From Nitrospinota bacterium (GTDB taxonomy: Bacteria; UBA8248), in NCBI GenBank assembly GCA_030754595.1, contig JASLZZ010000039.1:14795-78794 (forward strand): 64,000 bases of DNA. The letters are read 5' to 3'. Every line of letters starts with the position of its first letter. The first letter of the stretch is position 1. The translations under genes and the position numbers were made by a program. Shown here one piece after another: positions 29,924 to 40,234 of the stretch. The notes under the pieces were generated by a model. The model did no database searches. It saw nothing but the letters and a program-made list of their open reading frames with translations, and was not told the DNA's origin.

Positions 29924-31015
29924 ATGGCGGAAGTAGTCGTAACGGACTTGGTGAAAAAGTTTGGAACGGAAACGCTGGCGGTGGACAATATCAGCTTCAC
30001 CGTCGCGGAAGGAGAGTTCGTTACTTTGCTGGGCCCCAGCGGTTGCGGCAAGACGACGACGCTTCGGTGCATAGCGGGTCTCGAAATCCCCGACGACGGG
30101 GAAATTTCGATTGGCGGGGAGTTATTCACCTCCGGCAGTAAGGGAGTTTGCCTGCCGCCCGAGAAGAGACATCTCGGAATGGTTTTTCAGTCCTACGCCA
30201 TCTGGCCGCATATGTCCGTTGCCGAAAACGTGGCCTATGGTCTTCAAGCGCAGGGTGCGTCCCGAAATGAGGCAAGAGGGAAAGTCGACAAGGCGCTTGA
30301 GCTTGTCGGCCTGAGCGGCCTTGGAGATCGAAACGCCACGAAACTCTCTGGCGGCCAGCAGCAGCGCGTATCCCTCGCCCGGGCCGTGGCGTACAACCCC
30401 CGCGTTCTTCTTTTCGACGAGCCCTTGAGCAACCTGGACGCCAAGCTTCGGGAGAGGATGCGGCTCGAACTGGTCAACCTGGTAAAAGAGCTCAAGATGA
30501 CCGCGCTCTATGTCACCCACGATCAGGCCGAGGCCATGGTTATGAGTGATCGGATTATCATCATGAAGGATGGAAGGATTCAACAGGTAGGTGACCCGCA
30601 TTCCACCTATAACGAACCCACTAACAGCTTTGTCGCCGACTTTATCGGAGTCACGAACATTATCGAGGGCAGCGCCGAGGAGAAAAACTCCGGCGGCCTT
30701 TTGGTGGACGTTCCGAAACTGAGCGCCAAAATTTTGTGCGGGGCCGGGTTGGACAGGGAGATCGGCAAGGGAGCCAAGGTTCTCGTGACCGTGAGGCCCG
30801 AGTATATCGAGCTACATGCACCGGACTCCGATGGGGCGAATCGCCTCGAAGGAGTGGTGGACAAGGCGGTTTACCTCGGGCAGTCATGGGACTGCCTGAT
30901 TCGGGTGGGAGACACCGATCTCCGGGTGCATGTCAGGGGCGATGAGCCGATCGAGCCCGGAAAACGGGTAACCATGTACATCTTGCCCGAGAGATGTGTG
31001 GTTTTGAAGGATTAG
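29924..31015 (+). CDS. ABC transporter ATP-binding protein (FbpC/PotA-like, C-terminal TOBE)
   Basis: Walker A GPSGCGKTT, LSGGQQQR, LLFDEPLSNLDAKLR, VTHDQ. Confidence 0.95.
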   Translation: MAEVVVTDLVKKFGTETLAVDNISFTVAEGEFVTLLGPSGCGKTTTLRCIAGLEIPDDGEISIGGELFTSGSKGVCLPPEKRHLGMVFQSYAIWPHMSVAENVAYGLQAQGASRNEARGKVDKALELVGLSGLGDRNATKLSGGQQQRVSLARAVAYNPRVLLFDEPLSNLDAKLRERMRLELVNLVKELKMTALYVTHDQAEAMVMSDRIIIMKDGRIQQVGDPHSTYNEPTNSFVADFIGVTNIIEGSAEEKNSGGLLVDVPKLSAKILCGAGLDREIGKGAKVLVTVRPEYIELHAPDSDGANRLEGVVDKAVYLGQSWDCLIRVGDTDLRVHVRGDEPIEPGKRVTMYILPERCVVLKD

Positions 31016-31091
31016 AATTTGTTGTTTCGGGAAGTTTAGGTGATTCGAGCGATGCCGAATGAATCAGTTTCTTTATCAAGGAGGAGTCCAA

Positions 31092-32237
31092 ATGAAAAAG
31101 TATGGTAGTTCCTGGTTGGGGATGGCTCTGGCGTTTGCGGCCCTGGTGGGGCTTAGCGGAGCCGCCTGGGCGGCTGAAGCGCCGATATTGAAGTCTTTGT
31201 CGGGCGCGGAGAAGGCCCGCGTGGCCAAGCTCATCGCCGGAGCGAAAAAAGAAGGTTCGTTTTCCTGGGCCACCAATCTGGCTCCCGTGAAAGCGGCCAA
31301 GGCGCTCGAGAAGGATTTCAAAAAGTATTACGGCCTCCCGGGCGTGAAGTTCAGGTTCGCAATGCGCAAATCGGGCACCCTCATCAAGCGATTCGAGCAG
31401 GAAATCAAGGCTAATAAGCTCTCGGTGGACGTGGTTGTCCTCGCGGCCGCCTCCTGGCTCCACTCGATGATAAAGCGTGGCAACCTGATGAAGTACACCT
31501 CGCCCGAGGATAAGTTTTTTGTCCCCGCGGCGAAGGCCAAGATGAACGCGCCCGGCTACTGGGTGGCCGATGGGCAGCTCAACACCATGGCGGTGAACCG
31601 CGACCTGGCCGGCAACGTGAAGCTCACCAGCTGGTTTGACCTGACCAACCCCAAATACGCGGGCAAGGTCCTCGTCGGCGACTCCAGCCGCTCGGAAACC
31701 TACACCCTCTGGTACATGGGGCTTCGCCGGGTTCTGCCCAAGAGCTATTTTGTGAAGCTCAACGCCCAGAATTCGGGCATCATGATTCGCGGCTCGGCCC
31801 AGCGGCGCTCCCTGATGGCGGGCGAGTACTGGTTCGGCACGACCATCATGGCCCGTCACAACTGGATCGCCAAAAAGGCCGGCGTGAATATGTCCCCGAT
31901 TTACCCGAAAGAGGGCACCGTAGCTCTTCCCATTGGCGCCGTGATCATGGCGAAAGCGAAGCACCCGAACATGGCCAAGCTGTTTGTTGACTACTGGCGT
32001 AGCGTGAGAGGCCATCATAAAATGCTTGAGTACAACCCGCTTAACTCGGGCCGCCCGCTTCCGCCGCATAAGAACCCGGATATCAACAAATTCATCCTGG
32101 CCGATGACGGCATCGCGCCTCCCCTCGACAGGATCAACATCATCCCGATCGACTGGGGAAAAGTCGGACACGATGATGTGAAGAAGTGGCGTGCCGAATT
32201 CAACGCCGTATTCAGCTCGGCTCCGAGAAAGAACTAA
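31092..32237 (+). CDS. ABC transporter substrate-binding protein (Fe3+/polyamine-type family)
   Basis: RBS GAGGAG, signal peptide ending AAWA, SWFDLTNPKYAGK, YPKEG, AKHPNMAKLFVDY. Confidence 0.88.
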   Translation: MKKYGSSWLGMALAFAALVGLSGAAWAAEAPILKSLSGAEKARVAKLIAGAKKEGSFSWATNLAPVKAAKALEKDFKKYYGLPGVKFRFAMRKSGTLIKRFEQEIKANKLSVDVVVLAAASWLHSMIKRGNLMKYTSPEDKFFVPAAKAKMNAPGYWVADGQLNTMAVNRDLAGNVKLTSWFDLTNPKYAGKVLVGDSSRSETYTLWYMGLRRVLPKSYFVKLNAQNSGIMIRGSAQRRSLMAGEYWFGTTIMARHNWIAKKAGVNMSPIYPKEGTVALPIGAVIMAKAKHPNMAKLFVDYWRSVRGHHKMLEYNPLNSGRPLPPHKNPDINKFILADDGIAPPLDRINIIPIDWGKVGHDDVKKWRAEFNAVFSSAPRKN

Positions 32238-32264
32238 CTTGAATTGTTGAAGGAGGATTCCTGC

Positions 32265-34034
32265 TTGTCCACGGAATCTGATGAAACTCAAAGTTCATTG
32301 AAGACGGGCGCGGCCGCGGTGCAAGCCGCGGTTGCGCCCGCCCCCTTTTTGGGGGGGATGTTCAATGCTGAAAATCTCACGAAAGTCGGATCGCTTATTC
32401 TGCTTACCGTTCTGGCGATTGTTCCGATTACGGTTTATCTCCAGAGCAGTTTCCGGGTTCATGTCGAAGGGTCCCAGCTAGGGTTCACGCTGGTCAACTA
32501 TGTGCAGACGTTCACGGAGCCAAAAATACTGCGGGCGATCTGGAATACGTTGGTCATCGCGGTTGGAACCGCGTTTTTCTCATCCATCGTAGGCGTCGCG
32601 CTAGCTTGGTTCCATGCTCGGACCGACATGCCGTGGCGGGGGGCGCTTGAGCCTCTGACGCTGATCCCGTTTTTCCTTTCATCTTTTTTGGGAGCCATCG
32701 CATGGTGGGCGCTTGCCGCTCCTCGCATCGGGATCCTGAACCGGTGGATGATCGATCTGTTCGGGGTCTCCACGCCGCCATTCAATATCTACAGCATGAC
32801 CGGAATCATCATGGTCATGGCGCTTTTCTACGTGCCTTATATGTATCTGTTCACCATCGGCTCGCTGAACCGGATGGACCCTGCGCTTGAGGAGTCCGCG
32901 CGGGTTTGCGGGACCGGTGTGCTGCGCACCGCGCTCCGGGTGACGATACCGCTTTCGACGCCGGCGATTCTGTCGGGAGCCATCATCATTTTCGTCGTCA
33001 GCGCGGGTGTGTTCGGTGTGCCCACCTTGCTGGGGCCGATCGCCCGCATTGACACGCTTTCCACCGTGATTTACGTCAAAATGGAGGAATATCCGCTCGA
33101 TCTCGGCGGTGCGGCGGCGGCGGGCAGCGTTCTCATGTTGATCGCGGTGATGGGGCTTTACGTCCAGCGCAAGATTGTGGCGCCGAGAAGCTACGTGACG
33201 GTGACGGGTAAAGGCTTCCGGCCCAACCGCGTCATGCTTGGAAATTGGAAATACGCCGCGTTGGCCCTGAATCTTGCGTATATCATTATGGCCGTTGTAT
33301 TGCCCTTGGGCGCGCTGTTCCTGGCCTCGATCAACCGGGCCTGGCTGGGCGGTTTCAGGTGGAGCCAACTCTCGTTCTATAACTGGGACTTCATCCTTTT
33401 CTCGTACGACTACGCCATGGACGCGATGAAGAACAGCTTGATGTTGGGCTTTGTCGGCGGCTTCATGACCGTGGTTCTTTGCACGTTCCTCTCGATGGTG
33501 ATACTGCGGGGAAGAAACAAGAAACTCTCCAGCGTCGTTGACTATGTCGCCACGCTTCCCATCGGTGTGCCGGGCCTGGTCATGGGCATGGCGTTCCTCA
33601 TCACCTGGATCAAAACGCCGCTATACAGCTTTCCGCTCTTCCTTCTCATGCTGGCCTACATGACGCGCTATCTACCCTACGGGCTTAGGACGATCACGGC
33701 GATACTTCAATCGCTGAGCGCCGAGCTCGAGGAAAGCTCCCGCGTGTGCGGTGAGTCGTTTATCGGGACGATACGCAAGGTGACGGTGCCGCTTCTTCGG
33801 CCCGGCATTTTTGCTGCCTATCTCATGCTTTTTATTATGTTTATCCGGGAGTTGCCCGTATCCGCGCTCCTTGCCACCGAGGACAGCACCCCGATGGCGG
33901 TGGCCCTCTATGTCATTAGTGAGAACGAAGCGCTCGGCGTGGTCTCCGCATTTGCCCTGGTTCAGGCGTTCATCCTTTTGGTCGGGACAATCTTGTTCAG
34001 GCGGCTGGGAAATATAGAGAAATTGTCCGTGTAA
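32265..34034 (+). CDS. ABC transporter permease with two TM modules (FbpB-like)
   Basis: Two EAA motifs (LEESARVCG, LEESSRVCG), many hydrophobic segments; AGGAGG before TTG 32265. Confidence 0.92.
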   Translation: MSTESDETQSSLKTGAAAVQAAVAPAPFLGGMFNAENLTKVGSLILLTVLAIVPITVYLQSSFRVHVEGSQLGFTLVNYVQTFTEPKILRAIWNTLVIAVGTAFFSSIVGVALAWFHARTDMPWRGALEPLTLIPFFLSSFLGAIAWWALAAPRIGILNRWMIDLFGVSTPPFNIYSMTGIIMVMALFYVPYMYLFTIGSLNRMDPALEESARVCGTGVLRTALRVTIPLSTPAILSGAIIIFVVSAGVFGVPTLLGPIARIDTLSTVIYVKMEEYPLDLGGAAAAGSVLMLIAVMGLYVQRKIVAPRSYVTVTGKGFRPNRVMLGNWKYAALALNLAYIIMAVVLPLGALFLASINRAWLGGFRWSQLSFYNWDFILFSYDYAMDAMKNSLMLGFVGGFMTVVLCTFLSMVILRGRNKKLSSVVDYVATLPIGVPGLVMGMAFLITWIKTPLYSFPLFLLMLAYMTRYLPYGLRTITAILQSLSAELEESSRVCGESFIGTIRKVTVPLLRPGIFAAYLMLFIMFIRELPVSALLATEDSTPMAVALYVISENEALGVVSAFALVQAFILLVGTILFRRLGNIEKLSV

Positions 34035-34118
34035 TTCTGCCTCCTTCGGGAGCTTGTCTTTTTCATTCCATCACCCTTCGGGGAGTTTCACCGGAAAGAG
34101 TTTAAAGAGGAGACCAAG

Positions 34119-35303
34119 GTGCATCAAGAACTCAACGACGAACACCGGGCGCTTCAGCAAATGGCTCGGGATTTCGCCGAAAAGGAAATTATCCCGGTTG
34201 CCGCCGAGCGTGACCGGATCCAGGACCCGGCGGAAACCTTTAGCCCAGAGTTGATCAAAAAAGGATCGGTCCTAGGTCTTCGGACGCTTGCCGTTCCCGA
34301 GGAGTTCGGGGGGCCGGGCGTCGACCTGATGGGTCAGGTTTTGGTCATTCTGGAATTGGCGCGCGGAGACGGCGGGGTCGCCAAGACGTTCAGCCAGTGC
34401 TGGAAGTGGACCCCCATGATTTGCCGGTTGGCGACGGATGAGCAGCGCGAGCGCTTCTTGCCCCCGTTTTTGGAGGACGATCTCTACCTGTTGGGGATGG
34501 GGGGGTCCGAGCCAGGAGCCGGATCGGACAACCGCATGCCGCCGCCCGAGGATCCAACTGCGGGCTGGAAAACCGCGGCGGTGAAGGACGGCAACGAGTA
34601 TGTCATCAACGGGATGAAGCACTTTATCGCCAACGGCGGGGTCGCGAAGCTTTATATCATCCGCACCCGCACGAATCCGAAGGTGCCGATCTCCGAGGGC
34701 ACCACCATGTTTTTCGTTCCGGCCGATACACCTGGGTTCACCATCGGCCGCCGCCATGACAAGATCGGTTGGCGCTTTTATCAGAACGCCGAGTTGATTT
34801 TTCAGGATTGCCGCGTCCCCCAGGAGAACTTGCTGGGCGAGTTGAACAAGGGAAAGAATGACAGCTCGGAACGGTTCGTAAGTTTCAACGATGTCGAGCT
34901 GGCCGCGAACGTCATCGGTATTTCGCAGGCCGCTTTTGAGCATGCCCTCGATCATGCCCGGAACAGGGTTCAGGGCGGAAAACCCATCATCGGGCATCAG
35001 TCCATCGCCCTGAAGCTTTCGGACATGTATATGCGCCTTGAGGCGGCGAAGAGCTATCTCTTCAAGGTGGTCGAGAGCGATCAAGAGGAAAGGGCCGAGT
35101 TCGAGTCCTCCTCGAAACAGTTGATGAAGGTGTTCGCCACCGAGTGCGCTCTTCAGATTACCAGGCTGGCGGTGGAAATTTTCGGCGGCTCCGGGGTCAT
35201 GCGCGACGCGCCCGTGGAAAAGCTCCTGCGCGACGCGAACGTTTTCCCGCACCTGGCGGCCGATTCCATCATGAACCTGAAGGCCGCCGCCAAGCTCCAG
35301 TAA
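34119..35303 (+). CDS. acyl-CoA dehydrogenase family protein (atypical active site)
   Basis: ARDFAEKEI, PEEFGG, SEPGAGSD, NGMKHFIANG, RVQGGKPI, VEIFGG..GVM. Confidence 0.9.
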   Translation: MHQELNDEHRALQQMARDFAEKEIIPVAAERDRIQDPAETFSPELIKKGSVLGLRTLAVPEEFGGPGVDLMGQVLVILELARGDGGVAKTFSQCWKWTPMICRLATDEQRERFLPPFLEDDLYLLGMGGSEPGAGSDNRMPPPEDPTAGWKTAAVKDGNEYVINGMKHFIANGGVAKLYIIRTRTNPKVPISEGTTMFFVPADTPGFTIGRRHDKIGWRFYQNAELIFQDCRVPQENLLGELNKGKNDSSERFVSFNDVELAANVIGISQAAFEHALDHARNRVQGGKPIIGHQSIALKLSDMYMRLEAAKSYLFKVVESDQEERAEFESSSKQLMKVFATECALQITRLAVEIFGGSGVMRDAPVEKLLRDANVFPHLAADSIMNLKAAAKLQ

Positions 35304-35363
35304 ATCGTGCCCCGCTCCCTCCCGGAGAGGGGGGACGGACGAGTGTTCCATAAGGGAAATGAA

Positions 35364-36449
35364 ATGCCTGAAAATAATATCGATCTCGCCGTTATTCTCG
35401 GAGACGGCGTCGGGCACGATATACTTCCCGTTGCGGTCGAGGTGATTAAGGAAGCGGCCGGTGTCTGTGGCGTCGAGGTGACTCCCACGGTGTACGGCTA
35501 TGGCGCCCAGCGGTATTTGGAGGAGGGCTCATCGCTTCCCGAGGATGTGCCGGCCCTGGTGCGCAATATGGCCGAGGAGCACGATGCGATCCTCTTCGGG
35601 AGCGCGGGCGACGATCCGCGGATTCCTGCGGGCATCAATTGCCGGGATCTGCTCGTGGGGCTTCGCTGGGAGCTCGATCTTTTTGTGAATCTTCGGCCCG
35701 CGCCCCTGCTCGACAGCCGGTTTTGTCCTCTCAAAAAGGAAGTGCCCATCGATCTTGTCGTGGTCCGCGAGAACACCGAGGGCGTTAATGTCCGGATGGG
35801 AGGCAACTTCAAAAAGGGGACGACCGACGAGGTGGCCATTCAGGAGGATGTGAATACCTATAAGGGGGTCGAGCGAATTTGCCGCTACGCCTTCGAGTAT
35901 GCCCGCTCTCACGGCTACCCGAAGGTGACGATGGCGGATAAACACGCCTCTCTGATTCACGCCCACGGCCTCTGGCAGCGGGTGTTCTGGCGGATGAACG
36001 AAGAGTTCCCCGATGTCGAGGGGGAACATTATTTCATCGATACACTGTGCATGGACCTTGTTTTGCACCCGGAAGAATTCGGCGTAATCGTGACGAACAA
36101 CATGTATGGCGACATTTTGAGCGATCTGTGCGCCAGCCTGGTGGGCGGGGTCGGCGTCGCCGCCTCGGGGTGCATTCATCCGGGCCGGGTTTGCATGTTC
36201 GAGCCCGTCCACGGAACGGCCCCCGATATCGCCCTCAAGGGAATCGCGAATCCCTTCGCCACCGTCCTCACGGGCCGGATCATGCTCGATACGCTCGGTC
36301 ACACTCGGGCGGCGGAATTGATCTGGGGCGCTGTTCAGGCCGCGGTCAAGGAGAACAAGGTAACCGGCGACCTGGGCGGAGATATGAATACTAAGGGCGT
36401 CGGCGATTATTTGCAGGAGAAAATCGTCGAACTCTCCAAGGAGCAATAA
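35364..36449 (+). CDS. isocitrate/isopropylmalate/tartrate dehydrogenase family protein
   Basis: GDGVG, VNLRP, VRENTEG, NMYGDILSDL, FEPVHGTAPDIA, ANP. Confidence 0.9.
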   Translation: MPENNIDLAVILGDGVGHDILPVAVEVIKEAAGVCGVEVTPTVYGYGAQRYLEEGSSLPEDVPALVRNMAEEHDAILFGSAGDDPRIPAGINCRDLLVGLRWELDLFVNLRPAPLLDSRFCPLKKEVPIDLVVVRENTEGVNVRMGGNFKKGTTDEVAIQEDVNTYKGVERICRYAFEYARSHGYPKVTMADKHASLIHAHGLWQRVFWRMNEEFPDVEGEHYFIDTLCMDLVLHPEEFGVIVTNNMYGDILSDLCASLVGGVGVAASGCIHPGRVCMFEPVHGTAPDIALKGIANPFATVLTGRIMLDTLGHTRAAELIWGAVQAAVKENKVTGDLGGDMNTKGVGDYLQEKIVELSKEQ

Positions 36450-36481
36450 AGAGATCGTTCGTTTTATACAAGGAGATTGGG

Positions 36482-37393
36482 ATGGACGGCAAGCTTCGGG
36501 GAATCATGGCCGCTCCGGTTACCGCCTTCAAGGCGGATGGTCGGGTCGATTTTGAAACTTTCGAGAGGCAGATCAATTTTCTGATCGAATCGGGATTTCC
36601 TTTTATCGCCCATCCCATGCATATCGGCGAGTCTCCCAATCTGACGGTGCGGGAGCGAAAGGAACTGGTCAGCTCCCTGGTGAGGGCGGCCGGGGGGAGG
36701 GTTCCCGTTTTCGTGAACGTGAGTATGCCGGGGACGGACAACATGCTCGATCTGGCGCGGCACAGCGAGTTTGCCGGGGCGTCGGGGATGGTGGTCCTCT
36801 CTCCCTACCACTGGGAGCCCGAGGCCGAGGCCCATCTCGACCACTTCCTCACCCTGGGGAAAAGCGTCGATATGAAAATGGTCGCCTATAACAACCCGAG
36901 GCGGGTACAGGTGGGGATTCCCCACGACATGCTGGGCGAGATGATCGAAAAGCTGCCTAATCTGGCCGCGCTCAAGGACGCTTCGTTCGACATGAATTAT
37001 TTCACCGGGGCCTGCCGCGTGGCCTCGGCCGTGCGGACGAATTTTTCCGTGTTCACTGGGATCGAGTGGCTGCTGACATCCATCCCGGTGGGTGGGTCCG
37101 GCTCGTTTTCGAATTGCGGCGAGGTGGCGCCCAGGCTGATCCAGAGCCTCTTCGATGCCTGTATGAAGGGAGATTATGAAACGGCGCGCCCGCTTCAATT
37201 TAAAGTGGGCATTCTCCTGAAGTTGCTGCAAACGAATTATCCCGCCACGGTAAAATACGCGATGGAATTGATGGGCCGGCCCGTAGGGGAGACGCGAAAG
37301 CCTGTTCTGCCGCTGAACCAGGAAGCGAAGGAGCATACGAGGGAAACACTCGAGTCTCTGGGTGTTTTGGAGAGCGAGCCCCGGGGCTGGTAG
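36482..37393 (+). CDS. dihydrodipicolinate synthase (DapA/NanA class I aldolase) family protein
   Basis: PVTAF..DGRVD, GES..LT..ER, YNNP, Schiff-base Lys in LKDAS, GETRKP. Confidence 0.85.
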   Translation: MDGKLRGIMAAPVTAFKADGRVDFETFERQINFLIESGFPFIAHPMHIGESPNLTVRERKELVSSLVRAAGGRVPVFVNVSMPGTDNMLDLARHSEFAGASGMVVLSPYHWEPEAEAHLDHFLTLGKSVDMKMVAYNNPRRVQVGIPHDMLGEMIEKLPNLAALKDASFDMNYFTGACRVASAVRTNFSVFTGIEWLLTSIPVGGSGSFSNCGEVAPRLIQSLFDACMKGDYETARPLQFKVGILLKLLQTNYPATVKYAMELMGRPVGETRKPVLPLNQEAKEHTRETLESLGVLESEPRGW

Positions 37394-37430
37394 CTTTTCC
37401 CGAATTTGCGGGAGTCACCCGAATAATTCA

Positions 37431-37476
37431 AGAAATAAACGGAGGCCAGAGGCGGGAGACCCGCCGCCTGGCCTCC
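37431..37476 (-). terminator. intrinsic terminator (minus strand; stem may also serve the plus-strand operon)
   Basis: GGAGGCCAG-aGGCGGG-aga-CCCGCC-gc-CTGGCCTCC hairpin followed on the minus strand by GTTTATTTCT. Confidence 0.65.
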
Positions 37477-37748
37477 ATCTAATCCTCAGTGCGTTTGCCC
37501 CGGTGTTTCTTCCGGGCCCGCCCGGCCTGGTTTTCCTACTTGAACTGGGCCTTCCACTTGGCGTGGATGCCCTTGACCTTTTTCGATGCGTCGATCGCAG
37601 GTGATAAGCATTTGCATTTTTAACTCGGTCCTGGCTTCGACGACGGGGTTGGTGTTCTCCAGTGATATTTCAACTGTCCGCTGTCCGAGTTTCGCGAGAT
37701 AACCGCGCTTGGTCGCCGCCGCGTTGAAGTCGACGTGATTTTATAAAA

Positions 37749-38963
37749 CTAACCCGGTATTCCGTCCGGCCGCGGGCGGGTCAGTATCGGCCAATAGACG
37801 GACAGAAAAATCCCGAATGCAGCCGTCCATAAGGCCCCGGAAATAATCAGCGCCTCCTTGTAGCTCTCGAAGAAGAGAATCGGAGCGGCGGCCCGGACGA
37901 AAGCCGCGGCTGTGATCAATAAATAGGAAAAAACGACGACGGGCCGAATTTGTGCAGGCCTGCCCGTGTGAAGCAGGGAGACAATCGACATGACGGCCAG
38001 GATCATGGTTCCGATCCCGCCTACCGTTATCGCGTGAATAGCGCTCACCTCGGGGACGGGCCCGTCCAGATAGGCGATTCCGGTAAGGACGAGTCCCGCG
38101 ATTATCCAGCCATATCCGAGATGAAGCGCTGCGAGGTGGGGCTTCAAGAGCAGGCTGCCGGCTCTCCAAGTGAATATTCGGACAATTTGAATCGCCGCCG
38201 CCGCCAGGGCGAGAAGGCCGACCCACGAGGCTCCTCGGTCCACCAGATTTGCCGCGATGAGCATTGCGACGGAGCCGATGGCCAGCCACTCGATAACCGG
38301 GCGGGTGAGCGGCGCCTTGGGGCCCTCGACTGCCAGGCGCTCCACCGTAATGAAGGTGGGTGCAATCCTTCCGATGACGACGATGATCAAAGCCGCCAGG
38401 AGGTAGACGCCGAGCTGGAGACCAGCCTCCGCCAGGCCCCCGATCCCGAAAAGGGATTCCAGGTGAACCATCAGGTTGGCGGTGAAAAAAATAGCGAGGA
38501 CGATTAGAAACACCAGATTCTTTCGGCTCCCCTGGGCGGTGAGGACGGGCCACAGCGCGGCGGCGAGCACAGGCATCAAGGCCAGGTCGATAAGCGCCAC
38601 CGCAAAGACGGGGAGCAGAGCCGAGAGCCACATTGCGGCGCGCCCGGCCACCCATGCCCAGACGACTACCCCGAGACGGCGGCCTGTCACGGGCAGGGCG
38701 TTGCTCCAGGTCGAGGACGCCGTGAGAAGAAAACCGCAAACCGCGGCGACGGCGAAGCCGAACACCATTTCATGGCCGTGCCAGATGACGGGTCGGAAAG
38801 AGGCCGGGCTGGGCGCGGCATCGAAAAAAAACACCAGCCAGGCGCTCAGGAAAACCGACCCGTAGCCACTGGCCAAAAGAAAAAAGGGCCGGAAGCCATG
38901 CACCAGCAGGGAGAACCTTTCTTTTTCGATTTCGGGGCGGGAGGTGATTGTTAATAGGTCCAT
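37749..38963 (-). CDS. nnrS: NnrS family membrane protein
   Basis: GFRPFFLL, WHGHEMVFGF, GFLLTA, WVAGR, GRIAP.F, LHLGY, HAITVG, HTGR. Confidence 0.9.
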   Translation of the reverse strand: MDLLTITSRPEIEKERFSLLVHGFRPFFLLASGYGSVFLSAWLVFFFDAAPSPASFRPVIWHGHEMVFGFAVAAVCGFLLTASSTWSNALPVTGRRLGVVVWAWVAGRAAMWLSALLPVFAVALIDLALMPVLAAALWPVLTAQGSRKNLVFLIVLAIFFTANLMVHLESLFGIGGLAEAGLQLGVYLLAALIIVVIGRIAPTFITVERLAVEGPKAPLTRPVIEWLAIGSVAMLIAANLVDRGASWVGLLALAAAAIQIVRIFTWRAGSLLLKPHLAALHLGYGWIIAGLVLTGIAYLDGPVPEVSAIHAITVGGIGTMILAVMSIVSLLHTGRPAQIRPVVVFSYLLITAAAFVRAAAPILFFESYKEALIISGALWTAAFGIFLSVYWPILTRPRPDGIPG

Positions 38964-39229
38964 TGCGTCCGGCCTCCGAGTGAATGTGAATCGTTCGATA
39001 AAGAAACGCTATTATGCACCTCTCCGGGGTGCGGATGTGAACGGAGGGAGGAAAAATTTTCGTGGGAAGAAAAATGTTTCATGCCGGCCGGTCATCGCAG
39101 GAGCGGCTCTTTCTCGCGGGAGAGCCCACCTCGATTGAGCATTTCCCGGTCGCGCATGGGGCGCATTTCCCCGGCGTTTCGGCGGCGAGTATATTGAGCG
39201 GATAACGCCCGGGAGGCGCGGGCGGTGGC

Positions 39230-40234
39230 CTATGGTCCGATGATGACGGACTCGTCTCCCGTCAACTTCAGATCGGTTCCCAGTTTCTTCGACATTTTTT
39301 GCATCGTTGCCATTATCTCGCCGAATTTTTCGTCCTCGCCTGAGGGAATCGAAGGCCTTCCGTCGTCGCCGATGAGAACGGGGACAAAAGATAGGCGCCG
39401 GACTTCCTTTCCCTCGATGACGCATCTAACGAGGATGGATTCTTTCACCGTGGGGAGGAACATGGGGTGATCGTGGTCGAGGACGAGATTTCCGAGCGCG
39501 TAGCAGATCGCCTTTCCGTTGTAAATCTCAATTCCTTGAAGAATATGCGGGTGCTGGCCGATGACGAGGTCGGCTCCGGCGTCGATGGCGGTGTGGGCGG
39601 CGGCCTGCTGGGAGAGGGTGAGGGTGCGGCTCTGGCTTGAGCCCCAGTGAAAGGTGGCGATGAGAATATCCACCCGGGGCCGGACGGATTCGATGGTTTC
39701 CGCCATGGCTTCGAGCTCTTCTTCGTTTAAATAGGGCGGGCCGAAAAGGGGGTCTTCGCGTAGCGGGGCGACCCCAGCTTTGTTCGGGTTCGCTCCCCAG
39801 CCCATGGGCAGGTTGAGCACGTGGGTGAGGAACCCGACGCGGATTCCCTTTCTCTCGATAATGACCGGAGTCCGCGCTTCTTCGATGTTTCTTCCCGAGC
39901 CGGAGAAGGCGATACCTCGCTTCTCTAAAAGCGCCATCGTTTCCACGAACGGCTCGATGCCGTAGTCCATGCAGTGATTGCTCGCGAAAGCCACCGTGTC
40001 GAAACCACCGGCGATATACCCTTCAATCATCCTCGGATGGTGGCGCATGGTGATTTTGCCTGTGACGGCCGTCCCTTTTTCGGACAACGACGCCTCAAGG
40101 CCGCCGAAGCGGATGTCGGCTTTTTCGAGTTCCGGGAGGATTCGGTCGAAGACCTTTTCGGGGTTGTCCCGGTTGATCTCGATATCCCCCGCCAGGGCCA
40201 TGTGGAGGCGTCCGCCGCTTGTGGTGTCTGCCAT
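39230..40234 (-). CDS. CapA/PGA_cap family metallophosphoesterase-like protein
   Basis: AGD, ASNHCMDYG, GSG, FHWG, AGADLVIGQHPHILQGIE, YALGN. Confidence 0.88.
   Translation of the reverse strand: MADTTSGGRLHMALAGDIEINRDNPEKVFDRILPELEKADIRFGGLEASLSEKGTAVTGKITMRHHPRMIEGYIAGGFDTVAFASNHCMDYGIEPFVETMALLEKRGIAFSGSGRNIEEARTPVIIERKGIRVGFLTHVLNLPMGWGANPNKAGVAPLREDPLFGPPYLNEEELEAMAETIESVRPRVDILIATFHWGSSQSRTLTLSQQAAAHTAIDAGADLVIGQHPHILQGIEIYNGKAICYALGNLVLDHDHPMFLPTVKESILVRCVIEGKEVRRLSFVPVLIGDDGRPSIPSGEDEKFGEIMATMQKMSKKLGTDLKLTGDESVIIGP

Noticed and set aside
35364..37393. Housekeeping leuB and dapA
   Set aside because: Catabolic context and the altered DapA substrate loop support only family-level calls.
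38964..39229. FNR/NnrR box upstream of nnrS
   Set aside because: No convincing TTG-N8-CAA palindrome seen.
39230..40234. Poly-gamma-glutamate capsule locus
   Set aside because: CapA-domain gene alone, without capB or capC, downstream of a GntR regulator.
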